The position numbers and the translations under genes are program-made. Of a stretch of DNA of 64,000 nucleotides, positions 10,009-19,371 are shown piece after piece. The stretch comes from Candidatus Latescibacterota bacterium (GTDB lineage: Bacteria; Latescibacterota; UBA2968; UBA8231). Location of the stretch: the NCBI GenBank assembly GCA_965203175.1, contig OZ241867.1, positions 6,176,001-6,240,000 of the forward strand. The letters run 5' to 3'. The notes below the pieces were generated by a model. It was not told where the DNA came from and searched no databases. It was given only the letters and a program-made list of their open reading frames with translations. Position 1 is the stretch's first letter. Each line of letters begins with the position of its first letter.

Positions 10009-12342
10009 ATGCCGCACCGGCTCTTTGGCGCGGTCTTGTGCTGCCTGCTCGTATTCGGCGCAGCCAAGGCCCAATCGCCGTTTATCTCCTACGCCGAGCG
10101 CGGGGAATTCGCCCTCGCTGCTTTTGGTGGGTTGGACGTAGGCCTCTACGGCTACGCCAATCCCGCGCTCCTCAGCTATGTCGAAGGCTTGGAGCAGGGA
10201 GTCGCTTGGTCGGATAGTAGTTCCACCCATTCGTGGGGCCTTTTCACGGCCGCGCCCCACTTGGGATTTGGCGTTGTAAACGGTCGCCGCACCCGCGAGT
10301 ACCGGGCCGGACTTAGCACCGGCGACCGCAACTTCAGCCTCGGGGTGAGCATGGGGTGGGGAAGCGTGCGGCACGTCGTCCTCGGGGGAATTTGGCGGCC
10401 CGGGCCGCGTCTCTCAGTAGGAGGCACCTTCACTTCGACCTTTGCAAACGAGAGTCGCGAAGGAGCCGTTGATCTCTCCCTGCGTCCCTGGGGCGACGAG
10501 CGGCTCACCTTGTTCGCGGATTACGCGCGCACCGACGAAACGGAGTTCTGGAGCACCGGAGCCGTAGTCGAGCTGGTGCCAGGACTGGCGCTGACCGGGC
10601 GCATGTTCGCGGATCGCGCCCTGAGCGTTGGCTTGCGCATCGGGCTAGGTGCCGCAGATTTCCAAGCGCAGGCGCACAGCCGCACCTTCCAGACGTATGC
10701 GGCGCGCTTTGGAGCGCAGCGCGGGAACCTATTCCGACCGCGGGCGCGCTACCTTTCCATGGAATTGTCTGGGCCGATTCAACACCGCCGCTATGCTTTC
10801 TTCGACGACTCGCAGAGTCTGCTCAATCTCATCGCCTTATTGGAGCGCGCGCGCCGCGACCCAGCGATCAAGGGCCTCGCCATCAATGCTTCGGGTCTGC
10901 GGATCAGCCCAGCGCTCGGCTGGGAACTGCGGGAAAAGCTGCGCCAGATCCGCGCTGGGGGACAGCGGGTCATCGTGTACATCGACCGCGTGGACATGTA
11001 CAACTATCACTGGGCCTCGGTGGCCGATCACTTGGTGCTCGATCCGGCTGGCGCAATCGGCTTGCAGGGCTATGTGGCGGGGCACACGTACTTCAAGGGC
11101 GCGCTGGAAAAGCTCGGAATCGGCTTCGACGAGTGGCGGCTTTTCTCCTACAAATCCGCGACCGAACCATACGTCCGCCGCGACATGTCCGAGGAGGAGC
11201 ACGAGCAGCTAACGGTCCTGCTCGACGACTGGTACGCCCTCGCGCGCAGCGACATCAGCGCCGATCGCTCGCTGGCGCCCGATCAATTCGACCGCCTCGT
11301 GGAAGACACCGCGTTCTTCCTCCCGCAAGAGGCCCTCGACGCCGGCCTAGTGGACCGCCTCGGGCGCTGGAGCGAAATCGACCCCACAGTCGAAGACCAC
11401 CCCGTCGTCGCAGCCGCTTCGTACACCCGGCCAGTCGACCGGCGCTGGGGGCAGCGCAAGCGCATTGCCATCGTCTATGCCCTCGGCGTCTGCGCCATGG
11501 ACACCGGCATGGGTGCGCGGCGGCTCGTCGGCGAGATTGCCTCGGCCTGCGCGGCCGCGGACGCCGTGGTCCTGCGCGTGGACTCTCCGGGCGGCGACAT
11601 CCTGCCCTCGGCTCTCGTGGCCGACGCCGTGCTGCAATGCCGCGAGCGCAAGCCCGTCATCGTCTCGCAGGGCTACCTCGCGGCTTCGGGCGGGTACATG
11701 ATCTCGCTGCCCGGCGATGCAATCGTCACCGCGCCCAACACCATCACCGGCTCAATTGGGGTCATTGCCGGCTGGGCGTACAACACCGGGTTCAAGGAAA
11801 AGCTCGGCCTGAGCACGAGCCGCGTGCAGGTGGGCCGCCATGCGGACTTGCCCTTTGGCATGACCCTGCCCCTGCTCGGCCTGCGCTTGCCAGACCGCAC
11901 TTTCACTGAAGACGAAAGCGCGCGCATGGAACACACCATCCGCTCGCTGTACGAGGACTTCGTCGCCCAGGTGGCCAGCAGCCGCCACATTGCGCCGGAC
12001 TCAGTCGAAGTCATAGCCCAAGGCCGCGTCTGGAGCGGCCAACGCGCCGTACAACTCGGCCTCGCCGACCGGATCGGCGGTCTCGAAGTGGCCATCGCGC
12101 TAGCCAAGGAAAAGATCGGACTGTCAACGGACGAGATCGTCGAGCTGATGGAACGCCCCCGGCCCAAGCTATTTTCGTCCGCGCTGTTGCGCCCGCGACT
12201 GTTGGGCCTCACCGCGCAGCCCACCCCCGAACTCGACTACCTGCAATTTCGCCTCCAGCACAATGGCTTGCCCTTGTTGCTGGTTCCCGCCAACCACGTA
12301 CCGAGCCCTGTGGGGCTGTATGGAGAGAAAACCTATGAGTGA
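10009..12342 (+). CDS. sppA: Signal peptide peptidase SppA (S49) with an N-terminal beta-rich extension
   Basis: YKSATE, RVDSPGG, AASGGY, TGSIGV, QGRVWSG; N-terminal signal peptide. Confidence 0.88.
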   Translation: MPHRLFGAVLCCLLVFGAAKAQSPFISYAERGEFALAAFGGLDVGLYGYANPALLSYVEGLEQGVAWSDSSSTHSWGLFTAAPHLGFGVVNGRRTREYRAGLSTGDRNFSLGVSMGWGSVRHVVLGGIWRPGPRLSVGGTFTSTFANESREGAVDLSLRPWGDERLTLFADYARTDETEFWSTGAVVELVPGLALTGRMFADRALSVGLRIGLGAADFQAQAHSRTFQTYAARFGAQRGNLFRPRARYLSMELSGPIQHRRYAFFDDSQSLLNLIALLERARRDPAIKGLAINASGLRISPALGWELREKLRQIRAGGQRVIVYIDRVDMYNYHWASVADHLVLDPAGAIGLQGYVAGHTYFKGALEKLGIGFDEWRLFSYKSATEPYVRRDMSEEEHEQLTVLLDDWYALARSDISADRSLAPDQFDRLVEDTAFFLPQEALDAGLVDRLGRWSEIDPTVEDHPVVAAASYTRPVDRRWGQRKRIAIVYALGVCAMDTGMGARRLVGEIASACAAADAVVLRVDSPGGDILPSALVADAVLQCRERKPVIVSQGYLAASGGYMISLPGDAIVTAPNTITGSIGVIAGWAYNTGFKEKLGLSTSRVQVGRHADLPFGMTLPLLGLRLPDRTFTEDESARMEHTIRSLYEDFVAQVASSRHIAPDSVEVIAQGRVWSGQRAVQLGLADRIGGLEVAIALAKEKIGLSTDEIVELMERPRPKLFSSALLRPRLLGLTAQPTPELDYLQFRLQHNGLPLLLVPANHVPSPVGLYGEKTYE

Positions 12343-13453
12343 AGAAGCCCGCGCACTGTACGCGGATATGGGGGCGACGCCCGTAATCAACGCCCTCGGC
12401 CCGCGCACCCTCTTAGGGGGATCGTCCCCTCACCCGGACATTATCGCCGCTATGGAACTAGCCGGCCGCTACTACGTTGACATGGACGCCTTCCTGGCGA
12501 GCACGGGGCGAATCGTCGCCGACCTGCTCGGGGCCGAGGCCGCGCTGATTACCCCTGGCTGCGCAGCCGCATTGGTCCTCGGCACGGCCGCCTGCGTCAC
12601 CGGTGCAGACCCAGATAAAATGGCCCGCCTGCCCGATTCGACCGGCATGCCCAACCAAGTAGTCATCCAAAAAGCCCAGCGCTACAAGTACGACCGCATG
12701 GTGCGCCTGCCCGGCGTCACCCTCGTCGAGGCGGGCACAGAGCAAGGGACCACAGCCGACGAACTCACCGCAGCCATCGGCCCCCAAACCGCCGCCCTGC
12801 TCTACCCGGCCATCGACAACGAAGCCGCCATCGTCCCGCTAGCCGAGGCCATTGACATCGCCCACGCTCGCGACGTTCCGGTCTTCGTGGACGCGGCCTT
12901 CCGCGTCTATCCCCTGGACGGCTTGACCCAATACATCGCAGCCGGGGCCGACCTAGTCGGCTATGGCGCCAAGTACGTGGGCGCACCCAATTCTTCGGGC
13001 ATTCTCTGCGGTCGCGCCGACTTAATCGCCGCAGCCCACTTGCACAGCTTCGCCTGCTTTGAAACCCGCGACCTAGAAGGAGTTGGCCGCCCGCTCAAGA
13101 TCGACCGCCAAGAGGTCGTCGGCGTGGTCTTAGCCCTGCGCCGCTGGCTGGCCATGGACCACGACGCCCGCAACCAACGCGACACCCGCCGCGCCGAGAC
13201 CGTGCGTCAGCACTTAGGCGAACTACCCCACGTACAAAGCTCCGTCAATGGCGCATCCCTGACCCTGACCTTGGACGAACAAGCGCTCGGCCAAACCGCC
13301 GCCGATCTAGAAGAGACCCTGCGCAACGGCAATCCCTCGGTCTGGCTCTCAACGGCCCCAAGCCAACTTCACTTGTCCATGCCCACGGTGTCCGACGGCG
13401 ACGAGGAACTCTTGGCAGCGCGGGTTAGGGAAGTGCTGGGGCTTGAGGGGTAG
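12335..13453 (+). CDS. SelA-like PLP-dependent enzyme (DgaE-type)
   Basis: VINALG..TLLGGS, PVFVDAA, GADLVGYGAK, GRPLKIDRQEVVG; about 372 aa, shorter than true SelA. Confidence 0.85.
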   Translation: MSEEARALYADMGATPVINALGPRTLLGGSSPHPDIIAAMELAGRYYVDMDAFLASTGRIVADLLGAEAALITPGCAAALVLGTAACVTGADPDKMARLPDSTGMPNQVVIQKAQRYKYDRMVRLPGVTLVEAGTEQGTTADELTAAIGPQTAALLYPAIDNEAAIVPLAEAIDIAHARDVPVFVDAAFRVYPLDGLTQYIAAGADLVGYGAKYVGAPNSSGILCGRADLIAAAHLHSFACFETRDLEGVGRPLKIDRQEVVGVVLALRRWLAMDHDARNQRDTRRAETVRQHLGELPHVQSSVNGASLTLTLDEQALGQTAADLEETLRNGNPSVWLSTAPSQLHLSMPTVSDGDEELLAARVREVLGLEG

Positions 13454-13484
13454 ATTCAGGCTGGCCACATCGCCGCGCCCAAAT

Positions 13485-15413
13485 TTACATGGTAAACCAG
13501 TTCGACATGCCGCCAAAATAGTCGATGATCAGCCACATGCCCGCCGAGCCAAAAGCCCCCAGCACCATGCCGAGAAAGAGCGGGCGCAGCAGGCGATAGC
13601 CCTTGGCCCCGCCGTATTTCAAAATGACCGCTTTGAAAGCCCAGGCGATAAAGACCGAAAACCAAATCTGGCTGATCGGGTAGGTCAGACCGAGGACTAG
13701 GCCGATGGGATGGATGGGGAAGCCGACGAAACGCGCCTTGAGAAAGCTCAGCACGGCCATGACAGCGCTGCCGATGCCGGTGTAGATGAGATGCCAGCCG
13801 TAGATTTCCTGCGGGTTGTTGATATTGTGCGCGATCCAGTTGCCCGTCAGTTGGGTCAAGCCGCCGAAACCCCAACCCCCGAGATTGATGCCACCGTATT
13901 TATACGCCAACGTGGTAACCGCCCACACCGCGGAAATCAGGGTGACCACTATGGTCGCGGCGATCGCCCAAAACAGCCGCCGAGTCTCCAAACGCATAAC
14001 CTCGGCGATCTTGAGGCCGGTCGCCGCTGAGGCCATGACGAAGGTGCGCAAATCGGCGGTCCAGGGGAAGTTCATGCCGAGCGCCGTCAGCCCGCTCGCT
14101 CCGAGCGCAGTCGGCCCGAGCGCCGTGACCATAAATACCGGCGGAGCCACCGGCGACACACCGTAGGCGAGGCCAGCTTGGGAGACAATGCGCGCCAAAC
14201 CGATGAAAGTGGCTAGGCACAGCAAAAAATAAAAAAGTGCAATGCCGAACTGCAGGCCGGTTTGCGCCAGCCACCACACGGCAAAGATCGACCCAAAGAT
14301 AAAACCCAGCACGGCCGTGCGGTACGAGAGCATCTCGCTGCTATCGTCAATCGTCGGATCGCGCTTGAAGGCTTTGCGCAGCACATCGCCGATATGTTGG
14401 CGCGCGGCCCACAGGATGGAAAAAACCAGGAAGAACATCGCGCCCTGCGCCAGATGGGCGACGCTGGCCGAAGCGGGCATCGAGTAGGGCTGCGATGGGC
14501 CAATGCTCCAGCCGAACAGACGCTCAACCCCAGTGTGGACATAGGCGAGAAAGGCGAAGAACCACACGCCGAACGAGACATCGAGGCTCAACAGATACGA
14601 AAGCCCGATAACCTCGAAGCGCGGGTAGAGGTTCAGACGCACGGATTCGCGCAGAAAGCGCAGCGGGGTATTCAACTGGATGAAGGGGAAGTAGTTGAAG
14701 TAGGAGTGCAGGCCATTGACGAGATTGATGAGAAACGGGATCAGAAAGCCCACCCAAGTCAGATAGTTGCGCAGCAAAGACGGCAGCAGACGGCCCTGCT
14801 CCCTCTGGGCCAATTCGAGCGGCAGGATCGAGAGCGGGAAGAGCAGGCGCTCGTGTTCCATCCACTGCTTGCGCAGGATGACCAACATGCAGAGCGTGAC
14901 GAAATAAACGCTGAGTATGAAGAAACCCCAAGCCAACAACGGCTTGTGCCACAGTCCCCAGGGCACGGGCTCGCCGCGCGCCGCCCCTTCAAAGAGCTTC
15001 CAGGTCGCCGCGCGGTCCTGGGACACGAGCCAGGGTTTGATGTGCGGGTGGATGATATTGGCCCAGTCGTTCTCCGGCGTGGCAAAGTAAAACAGCCCCC
15101 CTAAAAACGGGATCAAGTTCATAACGAAACCCCAAGAGGGAATCGCCGAAGCCACGATCATCATTATGTAAATGGTCGCTAACTCGCCGCTGTGCAGCCG
15201 CGAACCGGTGAGCAGCTGGGCAAGGGGATTGAGCAGCAAAGTGAGCAGAAAGAACAGGAAGATGGCGGCACCAGTGGAATAATCGGCGGCCATAGCCGAA
15301 CCGCGCACCACCAGCGTGCCATAGGATTCCCCGCAGGAGATCGCAGTAGCGCAGAGCAGTCCGATAAAAACCGCCCGTTTGGAAACGCCGCGCTGTGGTT
15401 GGGCTTCTGTCAC
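13485..15413 (-). CDS. Polytopic membrane protein, DUF6785/DUF6784 family (OPT-like putative transporter)
   Basis: Many TM segments; RKQWMEHERLLFPL, FPIHPIG, LKYGG..YR..RPLFLG. Confidence 0.82.
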   Translation of the reverse strand: MTEAQPQRGVSKRAVFIGLLCATAISCGESYGTLVVRGSAMAADYSTGAAIFLFFLLTLLLNPLAQLLTGSRLHSGELATIYIMMIVASAIPSWGFVMNLIPFLGGLFYFATPENDWANIIHPHIKPWLVSQDRAATWKLFEGAARGEPVPWGLWHKPLLAWGFFILSVYFVTLCMLVILRKQWMEHERLLFPLSILPLELAQREQGRLLPSLLRNYLTWVGFLIPFLINLVNGLHSYFNYFPFIQLNTPLRFLRESVRLNLYPRFEVIGLSYLLSLDVSFGVWFFAFLAYVHTGVERLFGWSIGPSQPYSMPASASVAHLAQGAMFFLVFSILWAARQHIGDVLRKAFKRDPTIDDSSEMLSYRTAVLGFIFGSIFAVWWLAQTGLQFGIALFYFLLCLATFIGLARIVSQAGLAYGVSPVAPPVFMVTALGPTALGASGLTALGMNFPWTADLRTFVMASAATGLKIAEVMRLETRRLFWAIAATIVVTLISAVWAVTTLAYKYGGINLGGWGFGGLTQLTGNWIAHNINNPQEIYGWHLIYTGIGSAVMAVLSFLKARFVGFPIHPIGLVLGLTYPISQIWFSVFIAWAFKAVILKYGGAKGYRLLRPLFLGMVLGAFGSAGMWLIIDYFGGMSNWFTM

Positions 15414-15634
15414 ATTCGCCTTTGCCAGAATTTCGCTCGTTGCCCACGTCTTTCCGCAGCCGGCCCCATAATCGAGACGCGACCGTCGTTCCGCATTGTA
15501 AACTACAGGGCGTCAACGGCATTATCAAAGCCGCTAGTTTCACAGCGGTATTTCACGCGATAGCTGGCAAAGACTTGCCCCGGTCATCCCCGCGCCTTAA
15601 ATCCTACGACCAACCCAAGCCACGAGGAGCAACC

Positions 15635-15706
15635 ATGTCCACCGAAGAAGGCATGGGGCTGAAGATGGCAGCGCCCATCACCGCCTATGCTGCCGAGCAT
15701 CTATGA
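15635..15706 (+). other. 23-aa mini-ORF MSTEEGMGLKMAAPITAYAAEHL, possibly a gene remnant
   Basis: GAGGAG RBS; TGA overlaps the ATG of the helicase-head copy (ATGA). Confidence 0.4.
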
Positions 15707-15795
15707 GCCCGGCACAACAACAGGCCGAGGCCCTAGCGGCCGGACTGTATGACCATCAGATCGAGGGCATCGCCTTTTTGTTGGGTCGTCAGCGG
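15693..15795 (+). repeat. Diverged copy of the 5' end of the SNF2 helicase gene (20020-20122)
   Basis: Encodes MSPAQQQAEALAAGLYDHQIEGIAFLLGRQR versus MSTAQQQAEALAAGLYAHQVEGIAFLLGRQR. Confidence 0.95.
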
Positions 15796-15990
15796 TTCGC
15801 TCTTTTTGCCCGATCCCATTGAAGTGGAACAGACCTATCGGTACGCCGGTGTTCGCACACGACGGGGAGCGGACTTGACCATAGAATTAGTTGCCAGCGA
15901 TGCCGACGAGGACGAGCTTATACAGCAATAGGGGTGGGCCAGAGAGTACATCGTTGTCGGGGAATACTTTTACGTGGGCACCAACCCATG
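15796..15990 (+). pseudogene. C-terminal fragment of an unknown gene with an in-frame TAG
   Basis: ..DELIQQ*GWAREYIVVGEYFYVGTNP*; begins at the end of the helicase-head copy. Confidence 0.35.
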
Positions 15991-16159
15991 AACAAACCTA
16001 CACCTATCAGGTAAGGCTTACGGCGGAGGATGGTCAAGGAGGATAGCGGATAGGGAAACCTTTGCGATTATCGTGACCGAGGCCGATGATGGAGGCTCAG
16101 AGGCGGCGGGAGGTGAACAGCCTCTTGACCCAAGTGAGGAATCGAGGAGAAATCAGACG

Positions 16160-16486
16160 ATGTCGAAATTATCGGCGAAACTGAAGAATAACCAAGCCTA
16201 TCTCATGTACTGGGCAATAGTCTGTGCCCTCTGCGTAGGAGTGGCGGCTTGTTCGACAGACGCTTTGATTGGCCCCGAAAAGGGTAAGGCCCAGAAGATC
16301 ACCGGAGAAATCGAGGAAAAATTGGGTGATGCACAGATCACCGGAGAAATCGAGGAGGAATCAGGCGATGCACAGATCATCGGAGAAATCGAGGAAATCG
16401 AGGAAAAATTGGGTGATGCACAGATCACCGGAGAAATCGAGGAGGAATCAGGCGATGTTGAAATTATCGGCGAAACTGAAGAATAA
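16160..16486 (+). CDS. Small lipoprotein with acidic 13-aa repeats (DAQITGEIEEESG)
   Basis: GAGGAG RBS, basic n-region, lipobox VAAC. Confidence 0.65.
   Translation: MSKLSAKLKNNQAYLMYWAIVCALCVGVAACSTDALIGPEKGKAQKITGEIEEKLGDAQITGEIEEESGDAQIIGEIEEIEEKLGDAQITGEIEEESGDVEIIGETEE
16296..16486 (+). repeat. 39-bp tandem repeat: 4 units (one with a 9-bp internal duplication) plus a degenerate fifth
   Basis: agatcaccggagaaatcgagga(aaaattgggt/ggaatcaggc)gatgcac units starting at 16296, 16335, 16374 and 16422. Confidence 0.95.
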
Positions 16487-17639
16487 CCAAGCCTATCTCA
16501 TGTACTGGGCAATAGTCTGTTCCCTCTGTGTAGGAGTGGTGGCTTGTTCGGATAGCGCACTGACACGACCAGAAGCCAACGATGGCGGTGAGGCCTCTTT
16601 CTTTATTAGAAGCAAAGTCGTCGCTGCTACCTTGTCGCGTGCTGAGGTAGTTATAACGGGGTCAAATATGGATGAGATACGTCAAGACTTGACCATTGAT
16701 GGAGACGTGATTACTGGAATTGTACAAAACATACCCGCCGGGGAAGAACGCCGTTTCGTCCTGAATGGATACGATTCCTCTGGCAACTTAGCCTATAGTG
16801 GATCGGCAATTGCCAACGTAGTTGCCGGAGAGCAGGTAACGGTCAGAATTACAATGAGAAAGCAGGGAGACAAGATATATTGGACGACCAGTAGCCGCAT
16901 TCGCCGTGCCAACTTAGACGGCTTACAAACCGAAGACCTCGTCACTACCCGAGGTGGGCTAAGGGGGTTGGTCTTAGATGTGAGCAGCAGCAAGATGTAT
17001 TGGACCGAGCAAACCGCGGACAAGATTCGCCGTGCCAACCTCGACGGCTCGCAAATCGAAGACCTTGTTATCAACCTAGAAAACCCAGTGGGGCCGGTCT
17101 TAGATATGGGCGATAGCAAGATGTATTGGATAGAGACGGGTAAGATTCGCCGTGCCAACTTAGACGGCTCGCAAATCGAAGACCTCATCACTACCGGACT
17201 GAGTGAGCCAGCGGGACTAGCCTTAGATGTGAGCAGCAGCAAGATGTATTGGACTGACCAAGGCACGAGTAAGATTCAACGCGCCAACCTCGACGGCTCA
17301 CAAATCGAAAATCTCGTCATCACCGGACTGAGTGAGCCAGCGGGACTAGCCTTAGATGTGAGCAGCAGCAAGATGTATTGGACCGAGCAAATCGCGGACA
17401 AGATTCAACGTGCCAACCTCGACGGCTCGCAAATCGAAGACCTTGTTATCAACCAGAATAAGGTGGATGGTCCTAGGGCACTGATCCTGGATGTGGACGA
17501 CGGCAAAATGTATTGGATAGACCAGCACGGGAGCAGCATTCGCCGTGCCAACTTAGACGGCTCACAAATCGAAGACCTCATCACCGGACTGTCATCCCTA
17601 TCGGGGCTAGCTTTAGATGTGATCAGTAGGGATCAGTAA
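16455..17639 (+). CDS. Lipoprotein with an Ig-like segment and an LDL-receptor class B (YWTD) beta-propeller
   Basis: Lipobox VVAC; six KMYWT/I..KIRRANLDGSQIEDL repeats. Confidence 0.9.
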   Translation: MLKLSAKLKNNQAYLMYWAIVCSLCVGVVACSDSALTRPEANDGGEASFFIRSKVVAATLSRAEVVITGSNMDEIRQDLTIDGDVITGIVQNIPAGEERRFVLNGYDSSGNLAYSGSAIANVVAGEQVTVRITMRKQGDKIYWTTSSRIRRANLDGLQTEDLVTTRGGLRGLVLDVSSSKMYWTEQTADKIRRANLDGSQIEDLVINLENPVGPVLDMGDSKMYWIETGKIRRANLDGSQIEDLITTGLSEPAGLALDVSSSKMYWTDQGTSKIQRANLDGSQIENLVITGLSEPAGLALDVSSSKMYWTEQIADKIQRANLDGSQIEDLVINQNKVDGPRALILDVDDGKMYWIDQHGSSIRRANLDGSQIEDLITGLSSLSGLALDVISRDQ

Positions 17640-17675
17640 ATGCCGCACCGTTACGAGGCGTTGTGAATGCGGCAT
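17640..17675 (+). terminator. Stem-loop downstream of the YWTD gene
   Basis: atgccgca...tgcggcat inverted repeat; no U-tract. Confidence 0.35.
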
Positions 17676-17740
17676 GGCATCGATATTATGTCGCTCCTGC
17701 CTTAATTTCCTTGCTGTTGCCACACTAAAAGGAAACCATC

Positions 17741-18730
17741 ATGCCACGCTCAGCCGAAACAGGGCGTCGCTCATTAAGCACAACGGAGCGGATAGTGGTA
17801 ATTGTGGGAATGCTCTGTTTACTGGTTGTAATTATTGTAGCGAATGAGTCCCACAAGAAAAGGGAGGCGGAACGATTAGCCGAACGCGAGCGCCAAGTTC
17901 AAGAACAAAAAGAAAGGGAGGCAGAGCGAGCAGCAGCCCTCAAGCGCCAAGTCCAAAAACAAAAAGAAGCATCCAACATGCGCCAACTCGCCCAAGCTAG
18001 AGCCCTAGTCGATTCAGGGCAATTCAAGCCAGCCTATAAGATGATGATAGAGCTTCCAGACTCCCTTGTAAGGCATGAAAGAGAAGACATAAGAAAACGC
18101 GCACTTCGCCAAGCCCTTGTTGCCCTTGATATCGAAACCGCTAACGCGCTACTGGCAGCCTCTCGGACTCAAGATTCCTCATATGTCCAAGCTGTCCAAG
18201 CCCTTGACGCCTACTCTAGCATAGATAAGAAGTTACATGAGATACACCGTGATACACTCTATTTATCAGAAGAGATACCTCGGTTAAGAGAAGAACTTCG
18301 TAGCCGTCGTAAGACAACAGGATACATTGTGAAGAGATTCGCCGATGACCTCTATGAATGCCGATATACCGGCTTAACTAGTTCTGATTTCTGGCTGAGG
18401 GGGGCACAGCCGAGAATACTCAATGAGATATTCTTGCTTGTAACTGTACAGACGGCCTTTACCTCAAAAGGGCATTTTGCTCTCTATCTAAAAGAGGGGG
18501 GTACCCGGACTATCGAAACGGTTGATGGATTTACTAAAACAGTTGATGTGCTCATTGAGGACACAGAAGCAGAAAGTGAAATCGAGCAGGACAAAGCTTG
18601 GCTAAAAGAAGCGCAGGGAGAGTGGAAACAAATGAGAGAGAAGATTCTCCAAATTAAAAAAAGTAAACGCGAAGCGTGTAAACAACTTATGAAGGCCACC
18701 CGCGTTTTAGGGTTGTCAACTAAGTGTTGA
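17741..18730 (+). CDS. Hypothetical membrane-anchored coiled-coil protein
   Basis: AAGGA RBS; N-terminal TM IVVIVGMLCLLVVIIVA followed by E/R/Q-rich helices. Confidence 0.75.
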   Translation: MPRSAETGRRSLSTTERIVVIVGMLCLLVVIIVANESHKKREAERLAERERQVQEQKEREAERAAALKRQVQKQKEASNMRQLAQARALVDSGQFKPAYKMMIELPDSLVRHEREDIRKRALRQALVALDIETANALLAASRTQDSSYVQAVQALDAYSSIDKKLHEIHRDTLYLSEEIPRLREELRSRRKTTGYIVKRFADDLYECRYTGLTSSDFWLRGAQPRILNEIFLLVTVQTAFTSKGHFALYLKEGGTRTIETVDGFTKTVDVLIEDTEAESEIEQDKAWLKEAQGEWKQMREKILQIKKSKREACKQLMKATRVLGLSTKC

Positions 18731-18811
18731 CGAGGGCATTTTGAATACAAAACGGATTGGTTGTCTTGCCTTGTCTATTATCCTCGTCTTGGGTTTGTTG
18801 GACGTGATTAT

Positions 18812-18851
18812 GGCCCTACGGCCGAACTGTACACCCACCAAGTCGAAGGCA
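18812..18851 (+). repeat. Third, shorter copy of the helicase 5' segment (matches 20056-20096)
   Basis: ggccctacggccgaactgtacacccaccaagtcgaaggca versus ggccctagccgccggactgtatgcccatcaggtcgagggca. Confidence 0.7.
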
Positions 18852-19020
18852 GCACCTGATTGGGAGTAAACCCATCGTTTTTATCTATTGACGCCGTAGA
18901 GGGGTATCCATATGCTCACTATTCGACCCGTTTCTTTGCATAAGGGGGGCCTATGACCGCCTCGCAAAGCAGCCCGACAGGGGTTGTCAGACGGTTTCTA
19001 ACAAAATACGAGGTATCGTC

Positions 19021-19371
19021 ATGCAGTTTGAAGAATTCGTCGAAGATCGGGTGTTCTCGCCGACGCTCGTCGCGAATGCGTTGCATACGACCCAGGCCGA
19101 AATTGCCGGTACGCTAGGGCTTGGCCGCGATGCCTTTTCGTGCGCCTCACAGATCCGAGCGCAGAAGACGCAGACGCGACTGCGGCAGATGCTGGAGATC
19201 CTCCACCGAATTGAAGCTCAAACCGGTTCCGAACTGGCCGCTTATGCTTGGTTCCGTGCGGAGCCTTTGCCGGGCTTTGGCGGCCTAACACCCGACCAAC
19301 TTCTGCGGGAAGGCCGTGCAGACCAAGTGCATGCTCATCTCGACCGGATCGTCGCTGGTGGTTATGCCTGA
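19021..19371 (+). CDS. Xre/MbcA/ParS-type antitoxin
   Basis: HTH plus C-terminal AYAWF..PLPGFGGLTP..LL..G. Confidence 0.9.
   Translation: MQFEEFVEDRVFSPTLVANALHTTQAEIAGTLGLGRDAFSCASQIRAQKTQTRLRQMLEILHRIEAQTGSELAAYAWFRAEPLPGFGGLTPDQLLREGRADQVHAHLDRIVAGGYA

Noticed and set aside
7515-10374. Long antisense or alternate-frame ORFs (e.g. 7515-8417, 8571-9431, 9013-10374; likewise many over uvrA)
   Set aside because: Shadow ORFs of high-GC genes that have clear family motifs in another frame
6665-13453. selAB-type selenocysteine operon or a nearby selenoprotein
   Set aside because: The SelA-like gene is the short DgaE-like type, on the opposite strand and 3.8 kb away. No selC and no convincing UGA-interrupted ORF with a SECIS were seen (not exhaustively checked)
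16296-16486. Possible CRISPR array
   Set aside because: Units abut with no unique spacers, lengths are multiples of 3 within a coding region, and no cas genes are present
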